DNA from: Octopus vulgaris
Taxonomy: Eukaryota
Length of the DNA: 64,000 nt
Direction of reading: 5' to 3'
Assembly: GCA_951406725.2 (NCBI GenBank)
Contig: OX597817.1
Span: forward strand, 164,982,001 to 165,046,000
Below are positions 26,086 through 41,137 of this stretch, piece after piece. A program made the position numbers and the translations under genes. The notes beneath the pieces were generated by a model. That model saw only the letters and a list, made by a program, of their open reading frames with translations, searched no databases and was not told where the DNA came from. How positions within the stretch are numbered: the stretch's first letter is position 1; every line of letters begins with the position of its first letter.

Positions 26086-26184
26086 TGTATGTATATATCA
26101 TTGTTTTTCCCTTATACCTATGTGAGTTATTTTTCTGAGTATGCATTGTCAGAAGAAATCTCTGAGCTGATGTTTGATTCTTAG

Positions 26185-26218
<34 letters not shown>

Positions 26219-26780
26219 ACTCTCCATGCGTGTGTATGATGTGTGCGTGTGTGTGTGCATGTGCGAGTACACGTTTGTGTATTTGCATGGTTTTATATAT
26301 ATGTATGTGCGTGTGTGTGTATTATTCATCATTCTATCTGGTTGAGCTTGAAAGTATCAAGGGCACCTGCTCGAAACTCATTAAATAACAGCTTCTTAAT
26401 TGGCTTGATATGATTACGGCCGGTGTATTGTTTTGGTGTGGAATATCATCAAAACATCTCTCCGTCACCCTGCATCCCCACCTAATGTGACCCAGCTTTT
26501 GTTGTTTTAAAACTAAGCTGTTTAAACATAGCAATTTTCTTCACTACAACCATATGTTTTCTGGTGAGTCTAGAGAAAGACTTTTTCTTTTCCGTTGTAG
26601 TTTAGTGGGGCTTTTTTTTTTCCTGGCTGTTTAATGTTTATTTATTTGTTTATTTATTTATTTATTTATTTATTTATTTTAATATATTTTTCCCTTTGTT
26701 TTTCTTCTTTGTTTGTTGGTAGGTTTCGCCTGTCTGTTGGCCTGTCTGTCCGTCTGGTATGTAACAGTTTTCATTCCGAA

Positions 26781-26813
<33 letters not shown>

Positions 26814-26918
26814 TAAATATATATATATATATATATACACATATATAAATATACATATATATAAATACATATATAAATATACATATACAAATATACATAT
26901 ATAAATATACATATACAA

Positions 26919-26976
<58 letters not shown>

Positions 26977-26996
26977 ATACATACATACATACATAC

Positions 26997-27059
<63 letters not shown>

Positions 27060-27546
27060 GCTAACGAGCAAGAAATACATCAAACCCAAAAGGCCTCAGA
27101 ATACACACACACAACAAACACACAATTTAACAAATAAGCACACACATGCACATGCGTAGATACATATACTTCGGCATAGAGATAGGTACGCAAGCACACA
27201 CATACACACACATACACACGCCTGTGCGCGCGCATGCACAATTACTAGAAAAAAAAAAATGAGTGAGAGAGACAGAAAGAGAAAAGAGAGACGGGTATGT
27301 TCAAATACACACACACATAAGTCAATCCGTGTGTCTGTTTGTCAGTCTTTCTATTTCCCCCTGATTCTCTTTCTCTCTCTCTCTCAAGAGAAAAATTGGC
27401 GGATAAACAGAGGGATCTCCGTCGTTGCACTAAGATGATTCATTTGTTCGATAAACTAAGTTGCCTGCCCTGGATTATGTGTAGGTGACTGAACGTTCCA
27501 CAGACGCACATACTCTTTACAGGATTCTCAAACGGAATCAAACATA

Positions 27547-27701
27547 GGCGCAGGAGTGGCTGTGTGGTAAGTAGCTTGTTTACCAACCACATGGTTCCGG
27601 GTTCAGTCCCACTGCGTGGCACCATGGGCAAGTGTCTTCTGCTATAGCCTCGGGCCAACCCTTGTGAGTGGATTTGGTAGACGGAAACTGAAAGAAGCCC
27701 G

Positions 27702-27771
<70 letters not shown>

Positions 27772-27988
27772 TTGTGTGTCTGTGTTTGTTCCCCTGGCAT
27801 TGCTTGACAACCGATGCTGGTGTATTTATGTCCCCGTCACTTAGCGGTTCGGCAAAAGAAACCGATAGAATAAGTACTGGGCTTACAAAGAATAAGTGCC
27901 GGGGTCGAGTTGCTAGATTAAAGGCGGTGCTCCAGCATGGCCACAGTCAAATGACTGAAACAAGTAAAAGAGTAAAAGAGTAAAGAGT
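27547..27988 (+). mobile_element. SINE family A (most abundant; tRNA-like head, internal (TA)n(TG)n, CR1-like tail, GTAAAAGA repeats)
   Basis: GGCGCAGGAGTGGCTGTGTGGTAAG (A box)...GGTTCAGTCCC (B box)...GGCGGTGCTCCAGCATGGCCACAGTCAAATGACTGAAACAAGTAAAAGAG; more than 15 copies or fragments in the window. Confidence 0.9.
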
Positions 27989-28792
27989 ATATGGTGTGAG
28001 ACCAAGCTATACTTTTCGAACTACAGTTACAAACCGCAATAAAGGCTTCTCTACAGTTTTCTTCTATCCAATGTCGCTCACAAGCCATTCGTCGATACAA
28101 GGCGATAGAATACGTCTTCTCTTGAAATACCAAGCATTAGGATCGAGAGCCCGAGATCCCGTGCGTCTACATAAATATACAGGGAGAATTCATTTTAAAA
28201 CAACTAGCATAAAATAATATTCAGCCATTTTCAATCCCCTCGGCGTCATGCCTTTGACGGATTATCTATGCTTATTATAGGCCAACCTCTCTATACTGGT
28301 CAATTATGAGTTGGACAGGATGATCTGTGGTTAAGTGACTAAACACGCCTGTTATTCGATGAGGAAATGCGAAAAATATAAAACACTCACACACACACAC
28401 ACGTACATAGATATATGTATGCATATACATGTGTATACGCATACATACACGCACAAATATATATTCATACACATCACACATACAAGTATACCTACATATA
28501 TACATACATACAGGCATACATATAAATCCATCCATCCATCCATCCATCCATCCATCCATCCATCCATACATACATACATACATACATACATACATGCATA
28601 CATACATACATACATACATACATACATACATACATACATTACGCTCTGTATCAGCTTAATGCTTTATTCTAAAGCTTATGTAAATTGAATTCTAACAACA
28701 CGAAATATTAATAGGTATACTTACTAACCTACCTACCTACCTACCTACCTACCTACCTACCTACCTACCGACCTATCTACCTGCCTACCTGC

Positions 28793-28856
<64 letters not shown>

Positions 28857-28993
28857 TTATCTATCTATCTATTTCTCTTTCCGTCTGTCTGTCTATCTAT
28901 GTCTGTCTGTCTGTCTGTCTGTCTCTCTGTATATATATATATATATATATATATACTAATATTGAGGGGTCAGCAAAAGAAATGCATCACCAC

Positions 28994-29084
<91 letters not shown>

Positions 29085-29108
29085 TACATATATATATACA
29101 CATATATC

Positions 29109-29462
<354 letters not shown>

Positions 29463-30274
29463 CATCATTTGATCGAGGGATGAAAACGAAAATGCAACAT
29501 ATAGGTCCGAGAGAAAATTTACTGTGACTATCTTAATTATATACCTCGAGTTTCCAAGTTCAATTTACACTCGGGTCAACCAACAACGGATATGTTGTTA
29601 TAATAGAGACTAAAAGTAAACGATGACTGTGCATAGAATATTAATCAATCTTCGCTCTGTAGCTGCTACTTAACAAAGAATGATTAACACTGATCTTTGC
29701 ATTCGTCTATGGGTTTAATCTTTATTCCAGCAAATTTTCTAAAAATCCAAACGCGATGTTAATTCAAACCGGCAAAGCAAGAACGTCCTCTAATAAAACA
29801 ACTCATATTCTAAATAGCTGACATTCCTCGTAATCAGCTAATCCTTATTAACAAGTGATTAATTTACAGAGGCTAATTAAAACCAATCATAGTGGTGTTT
29901 GTTACTCAACCTGTTATTAGTATATTATGTTAAATTATAAAGTCACGTGATTAAGGGGGAGGGGTAGTTGAATCAACAAATGTACTGCTAATTGGTGCAC
30001 AGACATTGATACTAGTTATTGCAGTTGAGAGAAAGGGAAGGGGGTGGGGAGGGGCAGGGGTGGGGGCGAAGTAGAAGAGAATGAGAGGAAGATAAAAGAC
30101 GAGAAAGCGGATAGAAACAGAGAGGGGGAAAGAGAAGGAAGTGGGGTTATAATTTCTGATAATCTAATTGACAAAGAAGCTTTGATATCTCGATTTTTAT
30201 CTTCTCAGTAATTCTATATCAATATATATTTATATATATGTATATGAATGTATACGTATATGTATATATATAAG

Positions 30275-30343
<69 letters not shown>

Positions 30344-30344
30344 A

Positions 30345-30404
<60 letters not shown>

Positions 30405-30669
30405 AATACATATATATATATAATACATATATATATATACATATATATAATACATATATATGTGTGTGTGTGTGTATACATATATAAATACATATCTATA
30501 GATATACGTATACGTATATACGAGTGTATATCTATTGCGTGTATGTATGTCTATATATGTGTGTGTGTGTGTATACATATATACTTACATAAATACATAC
30601 TTTTATATATACGTATATGTATACGTATATAAGAATGTATTTCTGTTGTGTGTATGTACATGCGCGCGC

Positions 30670-30701
<32 letters not shown>

Positions 30702-31327
30702 GTGTGTTGCCATACGTTGACATATAAGCAGGGATAGTATAGATATGTAAGTATACACTTTCACAATCACGTACACAGCACGGTGAAACCATACAGTTAT
30801 TTGTAACGAACATCATAGAGAGATCACAAGGTGTAGTGTGATCAGGTCAATAAGGGCCCACACACAAACCCAAAATTCCATATATTCTAAACAAAGTGCC
30901 TATTGGTCACTGATTTGCAACAATCAAAACAGCTAGTTGCTTGTTGCAAATCAGCGGCCTGGTCACTTTGTTTACTATGTATTGTTAGCATTAGCAGATC
31001 ATGGCTGTCGCTCTGGTATGTAGGTACTTGCGACTGAGGATGGACCAAATAGCTCGAAACAGAGTCAATCTTGCGATTCTGTTACCTGCTAGAGGGTGGT
31101 AGGAGTTCACTCCCCCTGATAACAATATATTGGATATAAAGGGCGCAGAGTCGTACCAATAACCAGCTGGCGGAGAATCTGTCTGGGGTTAAACGAGCAA
31201 TAACATTCAATAGTCACTTTGATGTGGCGACCGATTTTACTGTTTAGTATAGTTACTACTCTATCTCTTCAGATTTTACAACTCTCTATATATATATATT
31301 TATGTGTGTGTGTGTGTGTGTGTGTGT

Positions 31328-31895
31328 GTGGAGGCGCAATGGCCCAGTGGTTAGGGCAGCGAACTCGCGGTCGTAGGATTGCGGTTTCGATTCCCAGACC
31401 GGGCGTCGGGAGTGTTTGTTGAGCGAAAACACCTAAAGCTCCACGAGGCTCCGGCAGGGGTGGTGGCGATCCCTGCTGTACTCTTTCGCCACAACTTTCT
31501 CTCACTCTTTCTTTTATTGGCCTGGTCGCTTAGCCAGCGGATCGGTCACGGTGATCACGGTGATATATATATATATCACATGATCAGGTGATCACGTGAC
31601 CGACCAAGTCATCTGATGTTGCTACACTTCGCTGGTGACAATGCGTTTCGCATTGGTTTTTAACCTTCAAATGACACTACCCCGCTGGCTAAGCGAGCAA
31701 GCCAACAGAAGAAAGAGTGAGAGAAAGTTGGGGCGAAAGAGTACAACAGGGATCGCCACCACACCCTGCCGGAACCTCGTGGAGTCTTAGGTGTTTTCGC
31801 TCAATAAACACTCACAAAGCTTGGTCTGGGAATCGAAACCGGGATCCTACGACCGCGAGTCCGCTGCCCTAACCACTGGGCCATTGCGCCTCCAC
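31328..31895. mobile_element. Tail-to-tail inverted pair of family C SINEs
   Basis: Plus copy 31328-31563, minus copy 31576-31895, meeting at a short (TA)n. Confidence 0.88.
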
Positions 31896-31945
31896 ACACA
31901 CACACACACACTCTCTCTCTCTCTCCCTCTCTCTCTCTCTCTCAG

Positions 31946-32000
<55 letters not shown>

Positions 32001-32176
32001 TTTTTTCATAATTATGAGCATAATTATAATTAGGGTTCAGCAAAATTTGCTTCACCACATACCGAACTTTAAATTTACCGAAAATGGTCCTTTTAACGTG
32101 CCAAATACTACTTGGCAGAATTATTAATTACTAATTAATTAATTAATTTTACCTTTTATTATTATTGATTATATAC

Positions 32177-32245
<69 letters not shown>

Positions 32246-32324
32246 ATTAAGGGTAGAAATTGATATTTATCAATTAAAACCAGTGGTCTAGCATATTAAA
32301 AAAGAATCCGAAGATTAAAATATT

Positions 32325-32542
32325 TATATATACCAATTAAGGACTGAACACGAAAAGTGGACAGTCAAAATGCTAGATATAGAAGCCAAATCGCCATTCT
32401 CCACAAAAGATTATGTTCTCAAATCAAACTCAGCACAGTTTGATTTGAGAACATAATCTTTTGTGGAGAATGGCGATTTGACGTCTATATCTAGCATGTT
32501 GACTGTCCACTTTTCATGTTCAGTCCTTAATTGGTATATATA
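32325..32542. repeat. Hairpin with about 105-bp arms and 6-nt loop
   Basis: ...TCTCAAATCAAACT-CAGCAC-AGTTTGATTTGAGA... Confidence 0.9.
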
Positions 32543-32999
32543 TATATATATCGATCAATTAAATATTTTATTTAAGCTAATTATTTGAATTAGTTGAGGG
32601 ACAGGGATCCTAGTCATAAACTGCTGAGAATCGTTTTCAGCACCAACTTTTGAAATCATTGTGAATGATGTTGAGTTTAATTTGAATATGCGTAGATTGG
32701 CGTGAGCATGAACCAAACTGGGTACGAAAGGAATTTTAGGGGATATGTATAGCTCCGGCGAGGAATGAGTGCAGTAATTGTTTACTGAAGGGTCGAAATG
32801 GTGACATACATTAAGGATAACGAGATAATGAGGGATAATTAGGGGAGAGATTGTATACATGCAACGAATTCAAATAAGAAGAACCGTATTAGGTGCTGTA
32901 AAGGAGATACGACAAACAGTACATTGGTGAACCAGTAGTTATATTGTGTTGAAGATGTTTCAGTTTATTAATCTTAGATATAGGTCCTTCCCGGGTCTA

Positions 33000-33576
33000 C
33001 AGACTCATAGTATCGGTTTCCTGATTTCTATAGCGCATATATTCCCCACAGTGAAGGCACATGGCTCAGTGGTTAGAGCGTCGAGTTTACGATCGTGAGG
33101 TTGTGAGTTCGAATCCTAGTCCGGGCTGCGTGTTGTGTTCTTCAGCAAGACACTTTATTTCACGTTGCTCCAGTTCACTCAGCTGTAGAAATGAGTTGCG
33201 ACGTCACGGGTGCCAAGCTGTATCTGCTGTTGCCTTTCCCTTGGATAACACTGGTGGCGTGGAGAGGGGAGGCCGGTATGCATGGGCGACTGCTGGTCTT
33301 CCATAAACAACCTTGCCCGGACTTGTGCCTGGGAGGGTAACATTTTAGGTGCAATCCCACGGTCAGTCATGACCGAAGGGGGTCACAATATACCCCACTG
33401 AATGGAACGCCGGGCCGTCGTAGAATTGCTCATTTGTTTCTAGCTGAGTGGACTGGAGCAACGGGGAATGAAGTGTTTTGCTCAATAACACAACGCGTCG
33501 CACGGTCCAGGAATCGAAACCACAATCTTACAATCAGGAGTCCAACACCCCAAGCCTCTAAGCCACGCGGTTTCAC
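33000..33576. mobile_element. Nested SINEs: family B (+, 33051-33385) inside an older minus-strand relative
   Basis: Imperfect TSD ATATTCCCCAC / ATATACCCCAC; the host halves match 6879-7119. Confidence 0.8.
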
Positions 33577-34035
33577 ATAACTTTTTAATCGGTAGTCGTC
33601 TACAATATCTATCGCTCCACGTTATCCAATTTACGAGTAATATACTTTGTCCAAGGTAAAATATAAAACAGCCTCAAGGGATGTATATCTTGGTAGGTAT
33701 AGGTCAGTTTCCGAAAGTATGCAGTTAACCCTTAGCTACCAGTATTTCTAGGTCTGTTCTGGTCCAAGGTGGTAGATCGTATCAAGAGTCGCAGTCATAG
33801 ATCGAAAAGCGGAAAATAGTTCGGTAGCCGAAGCATACAGAGCTTGAAAGAGCTGGGTTTCCTAGGAATATATCACAAAAGCCATCTGTGCGAGGATATG
33901 CCTTGAAATCATGTGAACCAGCATTGTGCATAAGGGATAAATAGACTGTTCTATGCCTCGATAGTAAGCTTGGGCGATTAGAGCAGGATGCTAGTTGAGA
34001 AAACTATAAATAGGCAGAAAGTAAAAGGAAACTAG

Positions 34036-34253
34036 TACTCTTTTACTTGTTTCAGTCATTTGACTGCGGCTATGCTGGAGCACCACCTTTAGTCGAGAAA
34101 ATCGACCCCCAGGACTTATTCTTTGTAAGCCTAGTACTTATTCTATTGGTCTCTTTTGCCGAACCGCTAAGTTACGGGAATGTAAACACACCAGCATCGG
34201 TTGTCAAGCGATGTTGGGGGGGAGGGGACAAACACAGACACACAAACACACCT

Positions 34254-34306
<53 letters not shown>

Positions 34307-34472
34307 CACGACGGGCTTCTTTCAGTTTCCGTCTACCAAATCCATTCACAAGGTTTTGGTCGGCCCGAGGCAATAGTAGAAGACACTTGCCCAAGGTGCC
34401 ACGCAGTGGGACTGAACTCGGAACCATGTGATTCGCAAGCAATCTTCTTACCACACAGCCACTCCTGCGCCT
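34036..34472 (-). mobile_element. Family A SINE, full length
   Basis: Reverse complement of 27547-27988 over its full length. Confidence 0.9.
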
Positions 34473-34807
34473 ACAATACGAATATGTTTTTAGAAAAGCC
34501 GCTCATTTTCTCAGTATCTATTTTTTGCTGTCATACTGGGGAAGTAAGCGGTGGGCTTACTGAAACATGTGTATATCAAAGAATAAAATACGAATAATGT
34601 CTCCTGCTCTGCGTATCGTATAGTAATGGCTCAGACTCGGCATTGTAGCATAACATCCAATGTGATGATTGGACACGTATCGTGGAGGATATTGAGTTTA
34701 ATGTTGAGACGATTGCTGATCTCTAAACTCACTGGTAACGTGTTTTGCACTCAAACACATTGTTATTTATGTGTGTGTATATGCATATATGTACGTACAC
34801 ATGCAAG

Positions 34808-35490
34808 TATGTATGTATGTATGTATGTATGTATGCACGTATGTATGTATGTATGTATGTATGTATGTATGTACGTATGTATGTATGTATGTACGTATGT
34901 ATGTACGTATGTATGTATGTATGTATGTATGCATGTATGTATGTATGTATGTATGCACGTATGTATGTACGTATGTATGTACGTATGTATGTATGTATGT
35001 ATGTATGCATGTATGTATGTACGTATGTATGTATGTATGTATGTATGCATGTATGTATGTACGTATGTATGTATGTATGTATGTATGTATGCATGCATGC
35101 ATGCATGCATGTATGTATGTATTTATGTATGTATGTATGTATGTATGTATGTATGCATGTATGTATGTATGTATGTATGTACGTATGTATGTATGTATGT
35201 ATGTATGTATGTATGTATGTATGTATGTATGTATGTATGTATGTATGTATGTACGTATGTATGTATGTATGTATGTATGTATGTATGTATGTATGTATGT
35301 ATGTATGTATGTATGTATGTATGTATGTATGTATGTATGTATGTATGTATGTATGTATGTATGTATGTATGTATGTATGCATGTACGTATGTACGTATGT
35401 ATGTATGTGTGTATGTATGTATGCATGCATGCATGCATGTATGTATGTATGTATGTATGTATGTATGTATGTATGTATGTATGTATGTGT
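34808..35490. repeat. About 680-bp (TATG)n repeat with TACG/CATG variants
   Basis: Directly visible. Confidence 0.97.
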
Positions 35491-35965
35491 ATATCTATAC
35501 ATACACACACGCGCGAGAGACTCTGTGGGAGAAAATAGGTAAATGTCGCCGTGGTTGCTACAATACAACCACTCCATATGGTAGAGTAGACAAATGGAAC
35601 TATCTAGAATTTGCAGCATGCAATTCAGAGGAAATTGATTAATGATAAGGTGGCAAATCAGTTGATTAATTTCAAGTAGTTAACTCACCTGAAGTTGCTT
35701 CGAGTACCTCCCATATAATTTCCTGTTTTTTTTTAAAAATTTATCAACACACACACATGTATGTATGTATGTATGTATGTATGTATGTATGTATGTATGT
35801 ATGTATGTATGTATGTATGTATGTATGTGTGTGTGTGTGTGTGTGTGTGTTTGTATGTCTATGTATGTGTACGTGTGTATATGTGTGTATATTTGTGTGT
35901 GTTTTCGCGTATATATATATGCATATGAATATATATACTAACACAAGCTCACACAACTATAAATG

Positions 35966-36024
<59 letters not shown>

Positions 36025-36502
36025 ATATATATATGTATGTATATATATGTATACAGGCTCATACCACACTCACTACCGGGGACAAACACAAGCCCTCGTA
36101 AACATACGCATATACACATATTATATACAACCATATAGCTTGCATCAGCGCGACTTAAACACGGGGTATTAACTTATTAACTGGTACGCTAATAAAAAAC
36201 ACACCTAATATATTTGCATATATGTTTAAAGGTGGGTGTAACTATTAAAGCGTGAATATGTGTATACAATGACCGTAACTATGAGACTTGTTAGATCGTT
36301 GCGCAAAAATACGTTTGTTATTTAGATATGGGCTTTCACGTTTGTGTTCAAATCACTCTCAGTCCAGTTTTGCCTCGGAGTCGATAAAATAGTCTAATAA
36401 TCAAATACTAGTGTCGATTTAATCACCCTGTATTCTATACTCATCCCAATCATTTGAATCTTTGCGTCTATGTTAGAAATCAATATTATTATTTCTTTTT
36501 TA

Positions 36503-37140
36503 TGCGCCCTTTTCAAGCCTAGCCAGGCTCATGGGTCCGGTTTCCCGGTTTCTGTGTTCTCCACAGTTGGACGGGACGCCAGTCCATCGTAGCGTTACCC
36601 AAGAAAGAGAGAAAGAGAAAGTTGGGGCGAAAGAGTACAACAGGGGTCGCCCCCACCCCCTGTCGGAGCATCGTGGAGCTCTTGGTGTTTTCGCTCAATA
36701 AACACACACAACGCCCGGTCTGGGAATCGAAACCGCGATCCTCCGACTGCGAGGCCGCTGCCCTAACCACTGGGCCATTGCGCCTCCACAGAAATCAATA
36801 TTAATGTATATAATTGATAGCATAAACTGGCACTCCGTAGGTTACGACGATGATTTTCCCAGTTGATCCGATCAACAGAACAATCTGGTCTTAAAATTAA
36901 CGTGCAAATGGCTGAACAGTCCACAGACATGCGTACAATCAACGTAGTTTTCAAGGAGACGCAAGGTGACGCAGAATGGGACAAGGCTGGCCGTTTGAAT
37001 TACAGGTACAATTCAGTTTTGTAACTGAGTGGACTGGAGTAACGAGAACTAAAGTGTCTTGCTCAAGCACACAAGGTTCCGCCAGGAATCGAATTTATAA
37101 CTTTACGATGGTGAGCTGACACCTACCCAAGATTCTACGC
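36503..37140 (-). mobile_element. Two adjacent chimeric SINEs (C head + B-type tail; B-type head + C-type tail)
   Basis: 36503-36789 and 36826-37140; modules match 6879-6960 and 15610-15770 respectively. Confidence 0.75.
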
Positions 37141-37210
37141 ACAAGTATTGAACCCAGAACCAAGTGGTTGGGAAACAAGCTTCTTACCACACCTATACTT
37201 TACTTACTTA

Positions 37211-37606
37211 TTCTTTTTACTTGTTTCAGTCATTTGACTGTGGCCATGCTGGAGCACCGCCTTTAGTCGAGCACTCGACCCCGAGACTTCTTTTTTTTTG
37301 TAAGGCCAGTACTTATTCTATCGGTCTCTTTTGCCGAACCGCTAAGTTACGAGGACGTAAACACACCAGCATCGGTTGTCAAGCAATGCTAGGGGGGGGG
37401 GGGACAAACACAAACACACAAACACACACATATATATATATACATATATACGACGGGCTTCTTTCAGTTTCCGTCTACCAAATCCACTCACAAGGTTTTG
37501 GTCGGCCCGAGGCTATAGTAGAAGACAGATGCCCAAGGTGCCACGCAGTGGGACTGAACCCGGAACCATGTGGTTGGTTAGCAAGCTACTTACCACACAG
37601 CCACTC
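37211..37606 (-). mobile_element. Family A SINE
   Basis: Near full-length similarity. Confidence 0.88.
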
Positions 37607-37979
37607 AAGAACGATAAAAGTCAACAATATCACGATCAACTAAAAGAACGGTTTGAGTGTATGTTTCTATGTGCGTGTCAGCGTGTCTCTGTGTCTCTGT
37701 ATGTGTGACCATGCGTGTGTGTGTGTTTGTGGATAGTACATGTCTAAGGTGTGACATTGAAACGTTATATTAAGATATAATGATGTCATTGAATTGCCCA
37801 GCCGAGGGAGGTAAGAAACAGCCCGAACCCAGCAACCAGAAACAGGTAAACAAACAGAAACATCTAACCAAGTTCCTTCTAATTGCAGGTGTTTCTCGAT
37901 TGTTAAATCTTTTTTTCCAGTTCCTGATTCGTATAAGCGCGCGCACATACACACAAGTACACACATACACACATATACG

Positions 37980-38012
<33 letters not shown>

Positions 38013-38096
38013 ACTATGAACTCTCTCTCTCTCTCTCCCTTCCTCTCTTGCTTTCCTTAAATCCCTCCATCCCTCTCTTCGTCTCTCTCTCCCTCG

Positions 38097-38152
<56 letters not shown>

Positions 38153-38221
38153 GTATATATATATGTGTATATATATGTATATATATATATATGTATATAT
38201 ATGTATATATATATGTGTATA

Positions 38222-38299
<78 letters not shown>

Positions 38300-38372
38300 G
38301 TTGTATATATTTGTATATATTTTGTAACTAAGCATGCTTTCATATAATCATTTTTATTTAGGTGTGTGTCAA

Positions 38373-38421
<49 letters not shown>

Positions 38422-38477
38422 CACACATATACACATATATACATATATATATATGTATGTATAGACGTATACATACA

Positions 38478-38531
<54 letters not shown>

Positions 38532-38781
38532 CATATATACATGCTTGTGTATATATTATGTATATACAATGGAAGCATACTATTGCAATGCACAGAAACA
38601 CACACACAAACACACACACACACACACACACACAAGTCTCAGCACATACATATTGATTTAATACATATGTTATATATTCATTCTGACATAGACAAGCGAA
38701 GATTTAAGTATCCTTGGATACTGGCTATTAATTAATTTTTATTGAATATACCACCTATGTATGTTGTATATACTTGCGTTT

Positions 38782-38841
<60 letters not shown>

Positions 38842-39344
38842 TGAATATTCACATTAGATGAATTATATTGTGTATTTGCGTATGTGTGGGTATTTTAGGG
38901 TATGAATGTATACACAAACCGGCAGGCAAGCGAGTACACCGACCAGGTAAAAGCACTTTAGGCGGAAATAAATCAAACTTTTACAAATTATTGACAACGC
39001 AACATGGAACTCTCCTCACAGAGTATAAGCAAATAACAATCTTTAAACGACATGTGGGAACGATGTCGTCTACACCAACTCATCATTATGATGCTGATGA
39101 TGACGGATACGACGATGACGACGACGGCGACGACGACGACGATGACGATGATGATGATGATGATGACATTATTGATGTTGGTGACATCAATGATGATGAT
39201 GATGATGACTGTGATAAGGATTCTAACGATGTCGTGCAACATGTGATATCCTGATTTTTGATACGAATGTATTTATTAGGTGGGATACTTAAAACCTCCG
39301 ATATTCCTGTTCATTATTTAGATGTAAATGGTTATCATAGGGAT

Positions 39345-39750
39345 CTCTTTTACTCTTTTACTTGTTTCAGTCATTTGACTGCGGCCATGCTGGAGCACCG
39401 CCTTTAGTCAAGCAAATCGACCCGGGGACTTATTCTTTGTAAGCCCAGTACTTATTCTATCGGTCTCTTTTGCCGAACCGCTAGGTGACGGGGACGTAAA
39501 CACACCAGCATCGATTTTCAAGCAATGCTAGGGGGACAAACACAGACACACATACACACATATACATACATATATATACATATATACGACAGGCTTCTTT
39601 CAGTTTCCGTCTACCAAATCCACTCACAAGGCATTGGTCGGCCCGGGGCTATAGCAGAAGACACTTGCCCAAGATGCCACGCAGTGGGATTGAACCCAGA
39701 ACCATGTGGCTGGTTAGCAAGCTACTTACCACACATCCACTTCTGCGCCT
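39345..39750 (-). mobile_element. Family A SINE, same subfamily as 42037-42483
   Basis: Shared diagnostics GACAGGCTTC, AAGGCATTGG, CCCGGGGCTATAGCAG, CCAAGATGCC. Confidence 0.9.
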
Positions 39751-39774
39751 ATATATATTACGGATGTATATAAA

Positions 39775-40669
39775 TTACCGATATAAGCACTGTAAAACTG
39801 TGAAGAATTCACTAAATATAGTAGTGGTTTGCTCTGTTACATGTTTTGAGGACTTGTTTTCTTTTTCTATTAGGAGTCTCAATCCCTTCGATGAAATCAA
39901 CTCGTCACAATAATGCTGTTTACCTCGGTACGTGATGTACCTATCTATGAGCCTACCAATTTACAACAATTATATGAACTGCACAGTGTCAACTCGTAGA
40001 TCAAATTAGTTGGCGTGCTGCTTCAGAAAAAAGTTTAGCTGTTATTTTAACATTGTATAAAAGGAAACAAACATATAAAACGAATATTTATACATAAACT
40101 TGATCGATTTGCGTTTTAGCTACTGCCGGGTAGTGTGTTTAATTTGTTCACTGAACACCGCCGCGAATTCCCCCTTGTTTTTCAAAAATCCCCACTAAAT
40201 CACAAAATAAGCGGGGAAAATCTGCGCTATTTTTCAAATCCTGGAAGCAACAGTGAAGCTGGAAGCAGTATAATAATCTAATTCTACACTTTTTCACATT
40301 CAAGAATATAAACACGTTTTTAAGCACAACACACGCGGAGGCAAAAAGAAACACTATCTTTCACCGGCACTGCGTGAACAACAGTGCTGTCTCTCCTTAG
40401 TGTAAAGCTTCCTATCTCGGACATGTGAGTATGCGCACAACAGCTAAACACTGCTGGAACTGTGAAGCGCACAGTCCTATACAAGGATTTTTGTATTTTT
40501 TTCATAAACCAGGCATAGCTACTGACATTAAGCTTAAAGATTATATAATGTACAAGTATAAAGAAAGAATTAAAGAAAAAAGGACTCATTATATTGAATG
40601 TTATCGATAATATCGAGTGGAAATAGGGGATTCTGCAGTTCTACAGTGCCTATATACGAGCCGCCACTG
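39775..40669. mobile_element. Old non-autonomous DNA transposon (hAT-like CAGTGGCGGCTCG end)
   Basis: Reverse complement of 40630-40669 (CAGTGGCGGCTCGTATATAGGCACTGTAGAACTGCAGAAT) matches 39781 ATATAAGCACTGTAAAACTGTGAAGAAT; left terminus eroded. Confidence 0.4.
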
Positions 40670-40981
40670 GAGCTGGAATACTTTAAAGTTAAACCTCTTG
40701 GTAGCGAACACAATCACCTAGTGTGTATGTGTATATTTATATATATATAAAATAAAATACAAAATGGGACAAGAATGCAAAACATCCGGAAAACTAGGTG
40801 ATACAAAAAGAGACAACAAAATATCCAGATAGACGATACAAAAAAACAAGGACGGGTATTTCGAAGTCTTTTATCCTCAGTCAAGAATCGGATCTTCCTC
40901 GCAATTTTCAAAACAAGTCAGATCTGTTTGCAGATCTGATCTTTCCATTCAAGGTCAGTTGCTTAAAAGCTATATACATAC

Positions 40982-41137
<156 letters not shown>

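Noticed and set aside
32555-34020. 101-aa ORF and adjacent coding-looking minus-strand sequence
   Set aside because: May be an old LINE relic split by SINEs, but I recognise no motif; BLASTx would be needed.
40845-40885. Minus-strand CTGAGGA...GAAAT..GTC hammerhead-like string in a repeat shared with 6040-6135
   Set aside because: No stem I or stem II complementarity.
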